Source of the DNA: Octopus vulgaris
Taxonomy: Eukaryota
DNA: 64,000 bases
Assembly: GCA_951406725.2 (NCBI GenBank)
Contig: OX597834.1
Coordinates: 31,620,001-31,684,000 of the forward strand
Direction of reading: 5' to 3'
Shown: piece after piece, positions 37,931 through 53,333 of the stretch
Numbering within the stretch: position 1 is the stretch's first letter
Layout of the letters: the number at the start of each line of letters is the position of its first letter
Program-made: the position numbers and the translations under genes
The notes under the pieces: model-generated
The model's input: only the letters and a program-made list of their open reading frames with translations
Told to the model about the DNA's origin: nothing
Database searches by the model: none

Positions 37931-39240
37931 TACACACACACATTTATATGTATAGATAAGTATGTATATATATATGTATGGATATACATAACTACACAAA
38001 TATGTTTACATCAGCATATGTAGTCATTTTTATATGTATATAATTATATGCATAATACATATACACATTATATATTGTATGTATAGCATCATCATTGTAT
38101 ATAAAATGTGTACGTATGTATGTATGTATGTATGTACATTTTTATGTATATATATATATATATGTATATATGTGTGTGCATGTGTATATATATATATATA
38201 TATATATACCACATACCAACACAAAAATCATTGGATGAATATATGTGTATGTATGTTTATATATACATACACATACTAACACATGCACACACACACACAC
38301 ATACATATAGATATATATATATGTATGTATGTATGTATGAACACACACAGACACTCACACCTACATACTGACAAACATAAAGAGAGACAGACAAAGATAA
38401 TGGTAGTGGTGGTGGTGGTGGACCATTATGACATAAAAACAAACACACCATTCCTAGAAACAAGCCCCTTTCCCCCCGCCCCAACCCCCAACCCTAACCC
38501 CCTTTCACCCCCACATTAAATATAAAAGATGCCAGCAGATAAAGTTTTCCCATATAATCCTTAAGATTTGCTGGTAACAAAAAAAAAGAATTGTCTTTTA
38601 TGCAAGGGATCACCCTCGATTGGGCGGTGGTGGCATCAGTGGTGAGGATGATGTTGTCAGTGATGGTGGTGGTGGTAGTGGTGGTGGAGGTGGTGTTGGT
38701 GGTAGTGGTAATTGTGGTGGTGGCGGTGGTGATGGTGGTAGTGATGGTTATTGTGGTTGAGGTGGTGTTTATTGATAGTACTCGCTATTCTTTTTGTACT
38801 TACAGTGTTTGTTGTAGTAGTGGTGGTAGTTGTGGTGATTGTGTTTGTGTTGTTGTTGTTGTTGTTCGTAGTGGTGATGGTGGTATTGGCTGTAGTAGTA
38901 TCAGTGGTGATCTTTTTGGCTGTGGTTTTGGAACTAGTTGTTGTGGTTTTGGAACTAGTTGTTGTGGTTGTGGTGGTAGTAGTGGTGATGTTGGTGGTGG
39001 TAGTAGCATCAATAGTAGAGTTGGTGGTAGTAGTCATGGCTGAAGTAGTAGTGGTGGTTATGGTAGTGACGATGACAGTGGTGGCAGTAGTAGTTGTGGT
39101 AGTGGTTGTAGTGATGGTGGTTGTGTGACTGATGATAGTAGCACTAGTTGTTGCTGTTGTAGTAGAAGTGGTGGTTGTCATCCTGGTCATCATCATGGTA
39201 GTCATGGTTATTGTTGCAATGACTGACAAAGTAGTGGTGT

Positions 39241-39735
39241 TGTGCCACCAAGCCATACTGTAATACACTGCATTACTACTGCACTTTGTGCCACGAATCA
39301 ATGCTGGAATACACTGCATTACTACTGCACTTTGTGCCACCAAGCAATACTGGAATACACTGCATTAATACTGCACTCTGTGCCACCAAGCAATACTGTA
39401 ATACTCTGCATAACTACTGCACTTTGTGCCATCAAGTAATACTGTAATACACTGCATAAATACTGCACTTTGTGCCACCAAGCAATGCTGGAATACACTG
39501 CATAAATACTGCACTTTGTGCCACCAAGCAATGCTGGAATACACTGTATTAATACTGCATTACTACTGCACTGTGCTGCCAAGCAATGCTGGAATACACT
39601 GCTTTAATACTGTGCAGTACTGCCAAGCAGTGCTGGAATGCAGTGCATTAATACTACACTTTGTGCCACCAAGCAATGCTGGAGTACAGTGTTAATATTG
39701 TATGGCACTGCCAAGCAATGCTGTAATACATTACA
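39241..39735. repeat. 46-bp minisatellite, about 10 copies, decaying rightwards
   Basis: Unit TGTGCCACCAAGCAATGCTGGAATACACTGCATWAATACTGCACTT starting at 39241, 39287, 39333, 39379, 39425, 39471 and 39517, then irregular copies. Confidence 0.95.
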
Positions 39736-40055
39736 TTATGATGTACTACAATGTACTTCAAGGTGGAACTCCAGCTTGCCCACAATACAATGATTGAAAC
39801 CATTGAAAGAGTAAAAAAGTAGTTTTGAAAAACACAAATGGATGGTCACATTTAATAAGGTAGTCCTAGATACACTGTGTCAAAAAAAAAAAGAGAAAAG
39901 AAAAGGACCACCTACTTCCTGCTGCAGCACTTTTGGTCAGCAGTCTTCAAGATCAGGAACTGACTCTCAGCCAAATCAGACCAACATTGCTTAGCATGTG
40001 GCTCTCCATTACAGACACTCCAATGTTATTGACTAACCCTCCACAGAATCACACA

Positions 40056-40058
<3 letters not shown>

Positions 40059-40114
<56 letters not shown>

Positions 40115-40712
40115 TCCTCTCTCTCTCTCTCTCTCTCAACCCTATTTCAACTTTGTCCTCGTATCTGTTCATCTTCTTCAACCCTTTGCATTCTACTCCT
40201 CCCACTACCCTTTCTGTCTCACATTTTCCTAATACATCTGCTACTCTCTCTCTCTCCTTCTCTCTCTCCATCTCCCTCTCGCCCTTTCTCTCTCTTCCCT
40301 ATTCCTCTCTATCTTGTCCGTTTACCTATCTCATTTTCCTAACACCTACTCTTTCCTTTTCACCAGCCCTCTCTTTCTCTCTCTCTCTCTCTCTCTCGCT
40401 CTCTCTTTCTCTCATCCCCTACCTTTGTCTTTTTCTACCCTCCCCCTTTTTATCCTCTGCCCATCCCCCACTCAGTGTCTCATTTCTCTTACACCTCCCC
40501 ATCTCTCCTTTTCGCCTCCTTCTACCTTCTCTCTCTCCCTCTCTTGCTTTCCCTCTCTCCCATTCTCTCTCTTCCTCCCCCCACTTTCCCACTCTCACTC
40601 TCTCCTTTCCTTTCCCATCTTCCCACCTCTTTTTCCATTATTTTTCCTCTCCCCACCTCCCCACTATCACTCCTTCATTTTCCTAACTCCTCTTCTACTC
40701 TCTCCCTTTGAC

Positions 40713-40745
<33 letters not shown>

Positions 40746-41010
40746 GCGTCTTTCTAACCTCCTCCCTCTCCCTCATTTACATACATGCTTCCACTATCAC
40801 CTTTGCACTCCACCTCTCACATCTTCTCTTCTCCTTCCACACACCTCCTCCTCTCCAACGTTTCCCTATCTACCTTTCCCCTTCTTTCAACCCTTCCTTT
40901 ACTTCTCCCCCCTCCCCCACCCTGCACACACCACTGTAGCTCTCATTTCCTCTTACTCACCCTCTCTCTTTATCTCTCTTAATCTCCTCTTTGCCTCCTC
41001 TTCTCTTCTC
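40059..41010. repeat. About 950-bp pyrimidine-rich tract with (CT)n runs
   Basis: Read directly. Confidence 0.9.
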
Positions 41011-41248
41011 CTAACATCACCACCACCAACAACAACACAACCAACCACAACCACCACAGCCACCACAACCACTATAACAACCAATCACCATAACCAATCG
41101 ACACCACCATCACCCCCCCCCCCCCCATCTCAATCAGTTCACACAAAATCTGTCCAGTGTATTTGCTGCAAGCAATTTCCTATTTGGACTTTACTTTCTG
41201 ACCTCTGCACCTCACTAGCATCCACTTTTGCTTGCTTCTTATATTTTA

Positions 41249-41311
<63 letters not shown>

Positions 41312-41312
41312 G

Positions 41313-41348
<36 letters not shown>

Positions 41349-41468
41349 TCTGTTGCTGCACCATTTTTGCAGCATCATGCAGCCATTCACCTTTATTATT
41401 TTTTACTGTATATTTTCGACTGTAAAGCAATTTTATCATTATTATTAATACTATTATTATTATTATTA

Positions 41469-41500
<32 letters not shown>

Positions 41501-41514
41501 GCTATTACTATTAA

Positions 41515-42222
41515 GGCAGTGAGCTAGCAGAATCATTAGAGTGCCAAGCGAAATGCTTAGCAGCATTTTGTCTCCCTTTACATTCTGAGTTCAATCTCCA
41601 CCAAGGTCAGCTTTGCCTTTTGTCTTTTATGTGTCAATTAAATAAGCACTGGAGTTGATGTAATCAACCAGCCATCACCATGAAATTAATGGCCTTGTGC
41701 CAAAATTTGAAACCATTATTTTTATTATTGTTATATTATTATTATTATTATTATTATTATTAGAATTAGTACCAAAGTTAAGGTGGTGAGCTGGCAGAAT
41801 CATTAGCATGCTGGACGAAATGCTTAGTGGTATTTCGCCTGTTGCTATGTTCTGAGTTCAAATTCTGCTGAGGTCGACTTTGCCTTTCGCCCTTTCAGGG
41901 TCGATAAATTAAATACCAGTTAAACACTGGGGTTGATGTAATCATCTTACCCCCTCCCCTCCAAATTTTCAGGCCTTGTGCCTTTAGGTAGAAAGGATTA
42001 TTATAATTATAAGTAGTAAAGTGGTTAGTACACCACTCAAAATGTTTAACAACATTTTATTGGTCTTTACATTTTGAATTTAGATTCTATAGAAGCCGAC
42101 TTTTTCTTTCACCCTTTTGGTGTCGATAAAATAAAGTACCAGTTGAATACTGGGGTCAATGTAATCAACTATTCTCCTCCAACCAAATTTCAAGCCTTGT
42201 GCCCTATACATAGTAAGGATTA
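41515..42222 (+). mobile_element. Three SINE family B copies in tandem orientation (41515-41716, 41781-42000, ~42030-42222) separated by (ATT)n
   Basis: Each has the TTCTGAGTTCAA...CTTTGCCTTT...GTCGATAAA-like core, with different divergence levels. Confidence 0.82.
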
Positions 42223-42663
42223 TTATTATTGTCTTTCTTCTTTCAATTTTAATTCATTTCTTGCCAAGTGTCTTCCTGACACCTAGGGCAAACAAACTCA
42301 CTGTATTCATTGAGAGGCCATTAAAATAAACACACCAGATTGTTTATTTACAAAATCAATGAAAATTAAGTAAAAAAATTTTTTCCACATGGAAGGTTAT
42401 TGATTTCACAGTGACAATGCTCTTCACAATATCTACAATGTGTTAAAGCAAATTTTTCACTCTTTTTCCCAGGATAGTAAGCCAGGGATCATTCTCCAAT
42501 AATTTTCAGTTCCCTTTTTTTTTTACCATTCCTGGTGCTCCAAGAATCACTGGAGATGTCATATTGTTTTTTTTTTTTACTTCAATGTGAAAATCTTTGT
42601 ATTGTTTCTCAGCTTGTCAAATACTTTTCCCACAATATCATGATCACAAGGGATATTCATATC
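42221..42663 (-). mobile_element. Dong/R4-clade LINE 3' end: decayed restriction-like endonuclease C-terminus, 3' UTR and (TAA)n tail
   Basis: - strand with frameshifts reads DMNIPCDHDIVGKVFDKLR/YKDFHIEVKK/PVILGAPGMVKK.GTENYWRMIPG...L*RALSL* (42663-42406), matching the R4-type D---P-D...K--KY-DL-IE...PV-VGALG...LRR-L pattern. Confidence 0.82.
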
Positions 42664-42665
42664 AG

Positions 42666-42715
42666 TTTGTTGTTGTTGTTGTTGCTGCTGTTGCTGTTGT
42701 TGTTGTTGTTGTTGT

Positions 42716-42753
<38 letters not shown>

Positions 42754-42829
42754 CTGTTGTTGCTGCTGCTGCTGTTGTTGTTGCTGTTGTTGTTGTTGCT
42801 GCTGCTGTTGTTGTTGTTGTTGGTGTTGT

Positions 42830-42868
<39 letters not shown>

Positions 42869-42920
42869 CACTACTACTGCTGCTGCTGCTGCTGCTGTTA
42901 CTGTTAGTTGTAGTAGTAGT
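42666..42920. repeat. Compound (GTT/GCT)n and (ACT)n tract
   Basis: Read directly. Confidence 0.92.
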
Positions 42921-42994
42921 AGAGTAAAGTAGTGAAGTAGCAGAGTATACATGTGTATAGTGTGTGCATAACCTTCTATATCATCATCATAATA

Positions 42995-43310
42995 TCATCA
43001 TCATCATCATCATCATCGTTTAACGTCCACCTTCCATGCTGGCATGGGTTGTACGGTCCGACTGGGTTGGACGGTTTCTACTGCTGGATGCCCTTCCTAA
43101 CGCCAACCACTCCGGGAGTGTTTGTGGGTGCTTTTACGTGCCACTGGCACGAGGGCCAGTCAGGTAGTTCTGGCAACAACCACGCTCAAAAGGTGTTTTT
43201 TACATGCTACCTGCACGGGAGCTAGTCTGGTAGCACTGGCAACGATCATGATCGAATGTTCTTTTTCACATGCCACCAGCACATGTGCCAGTAAGGCAAT
43301 GCTGGCAACA
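42995..43310 (-). mobile_element. RTE 3'-end fragment with UTR modules and an internal deletion
   Basis: (CAT)n GTTTAACGTCCACCTTCCATGC...GGATGCCCTTCCTAACGCCAACCAC, then TGCCAC...CTGGCAAC modules. Confidence 0.87.
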
Positions 43311-43323
43311 ATATATATATATA

Positions 43324-43737
43324 GGCGCAGGAGTGGCTGTGTGGTAAGTAGCTTGCTAACCAACCACATGGTTCCGGGTTCAGTCCCACTGCGTGGCATC
43401 TTGGGTAAGTGTCTTCTGCTATAGCCCCGGGCCGACCAACGCCTTGTGAGTGGATTTGGTAGACAGAAACTGAAAGAAGCCTGTCGTATATATGTATATG
43501 TATATATATGTATGTGTGTGTTTGTGTCTGTGTTTGTCCCCCTAGCATTGCTTGACAACTGATGCTGGTGTGTTTACGTCCCCGTCACTTAGCGGTTTGG
43601 CAAAAGAGACCGATAGAATAAGTACTGGGCTTACAAAGAATAAGTCCCGGGGTCGATTTGCTCGACTAAAGGCGGTGCTCCAGCATGGCCGCAGTCAAAT
43701 GACTGAAACAAGTAAAAGAGTAAAAAGAGTAAAAGAG
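43324..43737 (+). mobile_element. SINE family A, full-length reference copy
   Basis: GGCGCAGGAGTGGCTGTGTGGT (A box), GGTTCAGTCCC (B box), internal (TA)(TG) tract, (GTAAAAGA)n tail; closely similar to 57791-58192. Confidence 0.93.
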
Positions 43738-43780
43738 TATATATACATACATATAGCCTTGGGCCGACCAAAGCCTTCAT

Positions 43781-43971
43781 AAATACATGAACTTAATCTT
43801 TGGCATTTGTCTTCCTGTGCAGTCATATTCTCCAATATTCTTGCAAATAAAGAGTTTATTATTAGCTGACAATGCATTCTTTGTTCTGCATTTCATTTCA
43901 TATCATTTGGTGCAGTGGTTGCTCTGAAATATTAGCGTAACTTTTAATGTAAGTTTTGCTCTGCCACCCTG
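43781..43971 (-). mobile_element. Possible Tc1/mariner terminal fragment
   Basis: - strand begins TA|CAGGGTGGC, a typical Tc1/mariner terminus; no partner TIR found. Confidence 0.4.
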
Positions 43972-43984
43972 TATACATATATAT

Positions 43985-44138
43985 GGAGTGGTTGGCGTTA
44001 GGAAGGGCATCAAGCTGTAGAAACACTACCAGATCAGACTGGAGCCTGGTGCAGCCCCTGGCTTCCCAGACCCCGGTCGAACCGTCCAACCCATGCCAGC
44101 GCGGAAAACGGACGCTAAATGATGATGATGATAATGAT
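43985..44138 (+). mobile_element. RTE 3'-end fragment
   Basis: GGAGTGGTTGGCGTTAGGAAGGGCATC...GGAAAACGGACGCTAAATGATGATG. Confidence 0.92.
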
Positions 44139-44139
44139 G

Positions 44140-44283
44140 GCCTTCTTTCAGTTTCCATCTACCAAATCCATTCACAAGGCTTTGGTTGGCCTGTTGTAGA
44201 AGACATTAGGCCATGGTGTAACACAGTGGGGTTGAACCCAGAACTAGGTTGTTGGGAAGCAAACCTCTTACCACACAACCACA
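44140..44283 (-). mobile_element. SINE family A head half
   Basis: CTTCTTTCAGTTTCCATCTACCAAATCCATTCACAAGGCTTTGG...TGAACCCAGAAC. Confidence 0.82.
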
Positions 44284-45110
44284 CAATGTGTATATGCGTG
44301 CGCATGAGAGAGAGAGGGGGTGGAGAGAGGGGGAGAGAGAGATTAGTTTTGAAGACCCAATGTATCAAGGAATCTAATATCATAACTGCTGATTTATTTT
44401 AATTTGTTATTGTTGTTGTTGTCCTTCCTTTTTGTTATTTCTTTGTTGGTTTTTTTTTGTTTGTTCATTTTCTTTTTCAATGAAAATTTTTTTCAAAGAA
44501 ATTTCAATATTGGTTCGGATAAATTTTGAGACAAATAAAAAAAAAAAAGAAGAAAGAAAAAAACAATGAAATATTATGAAAAATTTAATTAGTATTTTTC
44601 CAGAAAAAATTATTAGAATATGAATATTATCAATAATGTTAAATATATAAAATATAGAAAGAAATTATATAAAATGTATATATAATTATATAAATATTTA
44701 CATATATGAAATAGCAGATACTATAATCCTTTTAGAAACCTCCATCAAAAACCGCTTATATATCTATTTGTGTATACACATCTACATGTGTGTGTGTGTG
44801 TGTGTATCCTTATGTACACATGTATATGTGCATGTGTGTCTATCTCTAGATTAACATTTATATACATATATACGTTTATATATATAGATATATATACACA
44901 TGCATAAATATTTACATATATATATATATATATATATACATACACATATATATATATAAATAGATAGATAGATACATAGAAAGATAGAGACATACATATA
45001 TACATACATACGTACATACATACATACATATATACATACATACATACATACATATGAATATGTATATAAGTGTCTGTCTCGATTTGTATATATATATATA
45101 TATGTATATA

Positions 45111-45157
<47 letters not shown>

Positions 45158-45167
45158 ATATATATAC

Positions 45168-45214
<47 letters not shown>

Positions 45215-45322
45215 TATATACACATATACGTATTTATATATATATATAGATAGATATATATATGTATATTACATGTATATACATTTAATGTATATATATA
45301 TATATATATATATCTGTGTATA

Positions 45323-45384
<62 letters not shown>

Positions 45385-45673
45385 CACATATTATTAGTAT
45401 TTTTGTTTGTTCTATAATTTTTACTTCCTCAATACAGATATTCCACTGTTTGCTTGGCTGTAGAAATTCTTTTATGTTTCTGAACAGCAAAATTGGTTTA
45501 GTAAAATCTCAGTTAATTTACTAACGATTTCCATTCATTTACTCGATATAATAGCAGACCTAACCATTCATTGGCAGTAATTCTGTGGGACCACTGAGAA
45601 TTAGTATATACATATATACATACATTCATACATACATTCATATATACATACATACATACATATACATGCATAC

Positions 45674-45710
<37 letters not shown>

Positions 45711-46025
45711 TATATATGTATGTATGTATATGTGTGTGTATATAAATATGCACACAATTGAATGTATCTTCTGAATGGTAGCAAACAGGCATTTTTGTCA
45801 GAATATTTTCCATTTAATTTATATGTATAACTACTCGAACATGAGTTAATGCTGCCACTAATATATGTGTGTGTGTATATATATATATGTATGTATGTGT
45901 ATATGTATGTATGTATATGTTTGTATATGGATACATATATTATATAGTTCCATAATTGGTGAAATCAACAAAATAAGTTCTCCATCTAGCGAGAAATATG
46001 CATCATATATATATACACACACATG

Positions 46026-46077
<52 letters not shown>

Positions 46078-46748
46078 GAGAAAGAGTGAGAGAGAGAAAG
46101 ACTTATTATCAAAGGTTTCCTATTATGACCATCCTCTCTTGTGTAATTTAGAATTAAACAACAAAATGTGCCCTTCTTTTTGCAATATATTAGAATGTGA
46201 TTGGAAGATATTTGGCTACTATTTCTAGGAGGTTCAACATGTCCCCTTTTGATTTACTGGTTATTTATATATCTATGTGTATATATACATGTGTGTGTGT
46301 GTATATATGCATACACACACACACACAGTGTCAGTGAGAGGATATACATATGTGTGTTTGTATACACACACATGTATATCCTCTCACTAACACTTTACAT
46401 TGATCATGCACACTACACACTGAGCCACCAAATTCTCTGTCTCCTCTTCCACCATCATATGTCTCTCACTGTCTTCATACATAACACCAGCATCTCTTTC
46501 CACCACTATCACCCCTCACACCTGCAATTTACCTAACTGCATGTCATCTCTCTCTGTTACTTGTGTTTGTCTCCTGTCTACTTTATCATCATTACCATTC
46601 AGCTGCTGTACCCAGGCTTTTTTTCCTGTGCTGTCAGTCATCCCCTACTCTCCCTAACTCCCCTGCAATTCATTCATCATTGGTCATGTCCTCCCTTCAC
46701 TACATACACCTTTCAACCTTATCCAATCACTACAACTGTCACCCAACT

Positions 46749-46791
<43 letters not shown>

Positions 46792-47569
46792 AACACACAC
46801 ACATTGACTTATTGCTGATTTCTGTGTATCTGTTCTCTCTGTTACCCTTTTCTGAAGAGTTGTACTGTACCTGAGCACAGCATCCAATAAGTTCATCATT
46901 CATATTATCATAGTTCATAACAAGTCCTCTCATTGAAGAAGACCTCTGCCTCTCTACACTGGGGACAAATATCATCGTCCTGTGTTGACCGGCACTTTCA
47001 GGCCATGCATTCTAAATGCAGTCATTATTTCTCATGCTTTTTTCTTTTTTTATATTTATTCTATTTTTCCTGTCTAGACTTCTTAATTCCCTTCCTGTCC
47101 AGATGAGAAAATTGTAACAATAACCAACCCATCACCTGCACACCTGAACTATAAACACCTCTTACCTTATTTTAGACATTTAGCTTTGTTTGAAATATTC
47201 ATCTAATGCTCCTTTCTTACTTAAAACTTCTCTTTCATTTGCGTCAGTTGTGTTCTGTCTGCTTCGTTAATTCCTAAATATTATTTCTAAGTCTTTGATT
47301 ACTTCAGTTCTCTTATCTTTGTTTCTTTATCCAACGTGATATTAGTGAGTCTTATTAAGTTTTGTTTTGTTTCTCTCGCTTGACATATTTACATATTTCT
47401 CTAAAACAAAGCTTTGCATCACTCAGTACATCAACTGAATCTGTCTACTGTTTGTAGAGATGTTTCCATTTGTTTGTCGTCTGCGACATACACACATTCA
47501 GGCTTTGCCATATACAGAAAAAAGATGGTTGGTTGTCCTCTCTCGTATACCAGGTATATGAATGTAAAA

Positions 47570-47801
47570 GGCGGCAAGCTGGCAGAAACGTTAGCACGCC
47601 GGGGCAAAATGCGTAGCCGTATTTCGTCTGCCGTTACGTTCTGAGTTCAAATTCCGCCGAGGTCGACATTGCCGTTCATCCTTTCGGGGTCGATAAATTA
47701 AGTACCAGTTACGCACTGGGGTCGATGTAATCAACTTAATACCTATGTCTGTCCTTGTTTGTCCCCTCTATGTTTAGCCCCTTGTGGGTAATAAAGAAAT
47801 A
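47570..47801 (+). mobile_element. SINE family B, full-length reference copy
   Basis: GGCGGCAAGCTGGCAGAAACG head, GAGTTCAAATTCC B box, GTCGACATTGCCGTTCATCCTTTCGGGGTCGATAAATTAAGTACCAG central domain resembling Meta/MESC SINEs, AATAAAGAAATA end. Confidence 0.92.
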
Positions 47802-47829
47802 GGTATGTGAATGTATGTGTAGGTCCGTG

Positions 47830-48082
47830 GATGCGTGTGACTGGTCGCCTTGCTTTTTGACATCATGTGATAGTTGTAAACAAATGTTACCATTAGGCGA
47901 GCAGTGTCCTTCGTTTGTCTTTTTTCAAAACATGCCTGGTCATGGGAAAATATCACCTTGCTTGGAAACAATTGAAGGTTAGCAACAGGGAAGGTATCCA
48001 GCCTTAGAAACACCACCTCAACAAAATTCCGTCCAACCCATGCAAGCACGGAAAAGTGAACGTTAAAACAATGATGATGATA
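47830..48082 (+). mobile_element. Repeat with RTE-type 3' tail (SINE-like or older RTE subfamily)
   Basis: Ends GGAAGGTATCCAGCC...CCAACCCATGCAAGCACGGAAAAGTGAACGTTAAAACAATGATGATG; upstream part shared with 10720-10870 and 24000-24180 but not with the 11-kb LINE. Confidence 0.75.
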
Positions 48083-48089
48083 GTAGTAA

Positions 48090-48255
48090 TCCTTTTTGTT
48101 ATAGGCACACAGGCCTGAATTTTGGGGGGAGTAGAGCTAATCGATTTTGTGGACCCCAGTATTTAACTGGTACTTATTTTATCAACCCTGAAAGGATGAA
48201 GAGCTAAGTTGACCTGGGTGACATTTGTCCTCAGAATGTAAAGACATAAAATGCT
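48090..48255 (-). mobile_element. SINE family B, diverged
   Basis: GACCCCAGTATTTAACTGGTACTTATTTTATCAACCCTGAAAGGATGAA. Confidence 0.8.
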
Positions 48256-48514
48256 ACTAATATCAAGCATGCTTAAAGATAATATTTCTCATGTGCAAAA
48301 TATTTAAGAGAGAGCTCAATAAAAGTGCAACAACAGAAATAAAATTATGTAACGGTGTATAACCATAGCTAAATTGAAGATACTTGAAGCAAAATCAAAT
48401 TGCATACACACACACTCACACACACACATGTCCGCATACATATGCGTATATGTGTGTGTGTGCATACTGAGAGAGAAAGAGAGAGATAGCATAATAATGA
48501 ATATATAAATGTAT

Positions 48515-48762
<248 letters not shown>

Positions 48763-49698
48763 ATATATATATATATATTTATATATGGGAAATTTTGACT
48801 GGGTACTGTTTATGTATATATATATTTCGAGTATAACCAGCTGAAATTGCAAAGATAATTTGGAACTCAACTGAGGACAGAAAACTCCGAATGACCTGTC
48901 CTTGTTTTTTTTTTGTATCGGCTGTCTTGATGTTCATTGGCCCTTTTGTATCACATAACTGTCTGGATGTTTTGCGTTCTTGTCCCATTTTTGTATTTTA
49001 TATATACACATATTTTATATATACACATATATTATATTTATATATCTATATCATTGTTTTAACTATAATTATAGTTATATATCTATGTGTGTGTGTGAGT
49101 GTGCATGCACATGCATGCATGTATGAACACAGATATATACACACATTCTTACACGTGCACACACACACACACACACACATTTAACTGGCCTGATTAAGAA
49201 AAGATGAATTAAAAATATATATACGAAAACAAAAAAACAGATAAAACAAAAGAAAAAAGACTACACAGGGGTGGGAGGGACAATGGTAGAGAAAGAGAGA
49301 GAGAGAGAGAGAGAGGGTGGAGGTAAGAGGCATGTGTAGAAACAGAGGGAAGAATAGACAGGTAAGGGGGAAGGTAAGGATGGGCAGATGAAAATAGCAG
49401 AAAAAAAAATATTGGACATGCAAAGATTGGGGAGCAGGGCTGGGTGATTGGGGTGGAGTGACAGAAACAGATTACACAGTGAGGGTCGGGGTGGGTGTTG
49501 GGGGGGTGGAACTCGTTAAACAAGAAAAGCAAGTAAGACAAGAAGATTCGATTCCCTGATTCTCTCTCGTGTCATATCTTGATGGCAGACTGAATGCGCG
49601 TAGACAGTTCTAATTAGACACATCGTTAGCCATAAAAGAAATGACACTGACATATTTACATATATATATATATACCGATATATATTTATGTGTGTGTG

Positions 49699-49755
<57 letters not shown>

Positions 49756-49916
49756 TAATTTGTGTGTATATATATGAATATCTATGTGTACACACAGACA
49801 CACGTATATATATGCATGTATTTATATATATATGTGTGTGTGTATAAATATGTGTATATGTGTACACATATATGTTTATGTATACATATATATATATATT
49901 TATGTGTGTGTGTGTG

Positions 49917-50872
<956 letters not shown>

Positions 50873-50887
50873 CATCATCATCATCAT

Positions 50888-51080
50888 CCAGTCATTGGAC
50901 TGCGACCAAGATGGAACGCTACCTTAAAGGGTCTAGTTCAACAAATCAACACCAGTACTTGCCTTCTTAATGTCTGGTACTTATTATATTGGACTCCTTT
51001 TGCCGAACTGCTAAGTTATTAGGACATAAACACACCAACACTTGTTGTCAAGTTGTGAGGAGGAAAAACACAAACACAAA
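50888..51080 (-). mobile_element. SINE family A tail half, diverged
   Basis: CAGTCATTGGACTGCGACCA...TTTTGCCGAACTGCTAAGTTA...AAACACACCAACAC. Confidence 0.75.
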
Positions 51081-51149
51081 GACATACATACATAAACATA
51101 TATATACATATACATAGATATATATGTGTATATATATATATATATATAT

Positions 51150-51189
<40 letters not shown>

Positions 51190-51348
51190 TTATATGTATG
51201 TATGTGTATATAATTATAGATATATGTATATGAGTGTGTATATATTTTATAAATAGTATATATGTGTATTTATATGGATCTATAAGGATGTGTGTGTGTG
51301 TATGTATGTATATATATACATATATATATTTACACACAAACACACTCC

Positions 51349-51505
51349 TGGAGTGGTTGGCATTAGGAAAGGCAAATCCAGTTGAAGAAACCATGCCAAA
51401 TCAGACTGGAACCGGGTGCAGCTGTCTGGTTCATCAACTCCAGTCGAACTGTTTAACCCATGCCAGTTTGGAGAGCGGACATTAAATGATGATGATGATG
51501 ATGAT
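51349..51505 (+). mobile_element. RTE 3'-end fragment, diverged
   Basis: GGAGTGGTTGGCATTAGGAAAGGCA...GCGGACATTAAATGATGATG. Confidence 0.85.
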
Positions 51506-51698
51506 ATACATGTGTGTGTGTGTGTGAGTGTGTATGTGTATAATTTTGCATGTCATTCGTTAATAATTCACCGAGTTTTCCACCAATCCCACGCTGTCCT
51601 CTGTATATATATCTACATGCAATGTTTATTTGTATGCATGTATGTATGTATGTATGTGTGTAATATATGTAATGTATGTACATGTGTGTGATTGTATG

Positions 51699-51770
<72 letters not shown>

Positions 51771-53156
51771 AAAGAGTGAGAATGAGATAGGTAGGTAGAT
51801 AGTTAGAGACAGACATACATGCATACATAAAGGTATACATATATACATGCTTGCATACATACAGACACATATATATACACACACACATACATGCATACAC
51901 ACACACATGCATACATACATTCATTCTTACATACATACATACATACATACATACATGCATGCATACACACACGCATACATACATACATACATACATGCAT
52001 GCATACACACACGCACACACATACATACATACATACCTACATCCATTCATACATGTTCTTTTACTAGAGTCAGAATTAATTCATTTAATTGTGCTGATGC
52101 AGGGGCACCAACTTTAAAGGGCATCACTGAAGTTGATTAAATTGGCCCCTGGTACTACTTATCTTTAAGGATGAAAGGTAAAGCCAACTCCACTGAGATT
52201 TGAACTCAGAATGCAGAGGGCAGTAATTAAATATCTCAAAGCTTTTTCTGGAATGCTCAACCACCTCAGCTAATCTCTAAATGCATTTAAATCAAATCAT
52301 ATGTATTGAAATTAGCTTCACATATACACACGCACACACACACACACACACACACACTCATATTTGCATATACACACACCTATATATATGTGTGTGTATG
52401 TGCATGTGTGTATGTGTGTGTGTGTGTATCTATCTATTTATCTATCTATCTGTCTATATATGTGTGTGTGTATCTATCTATTTATCTATCTGTCTATGTA
52501 TATATGTGTGTGTGTACCTATGTATCTATCTATCTATCTATCTATCTATCGATCTATCTGTTTATATATGTGTGTGTGTGTGTGTGTATGTGTGCATGTG
52601 TATCTATCAATCTATTTATCTATCTGTCTATCTATATGTGTGTGTGTGTGCATGTGTATCTATCTATCTATATATCTGTCTATATGTGTGTGTGTATCTA
52701 TCAATCTAACTATCTGTCTATCTATATATATATATGTGGGCAGGTGTATTAATGTATATACGTACACACATGCAAATACACATATACATACACATGTACA
52801 TACATACACACACACACAAACATACTCACATGCACCTACAGGTACATACACTCACATATCATAAATATACATACAATGCACATGTGCACACATACATATA
52901 GAAACATGCATACACATCTGCGCTCATACATACACATATACATTTACACACACATATATGCATACACACATATCCATACACACATTCAAGCACATATATA
53001 TATGCATATACATGCTTACAAACACACACACACAAATTCATACAAATGTATATGTGTATGTATGTGTGTGTATATATATATATGTGTGTGTGTGTGCATA
53101 TATATGCAATAATAAATCTCTGAACGAGATTTACATATATATATACATATATACAC

Positions 53157-53206
<50 letters not shown>

Positions 53207-53207
53207 T

Positions 53208-53280
<73 letters not shown>

Positions 53281-53291
53281 TGTATATAAAA

Positions 53292-53333
<42 letters not shown>

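Noticed and set aside
38531-38575. GCCAGCAGAT/ATTTGCTGGT stem
   Set aside because: Only 10 bp with two G-U pairs and a large loop; within chance expectation.
43324-43400. tRNA-like A and B boxes here and at other SINE heads
   Set aside because: They continue into SINE bodies without a complete cloverleaf, so they are SINE heads and not tRNA genes.
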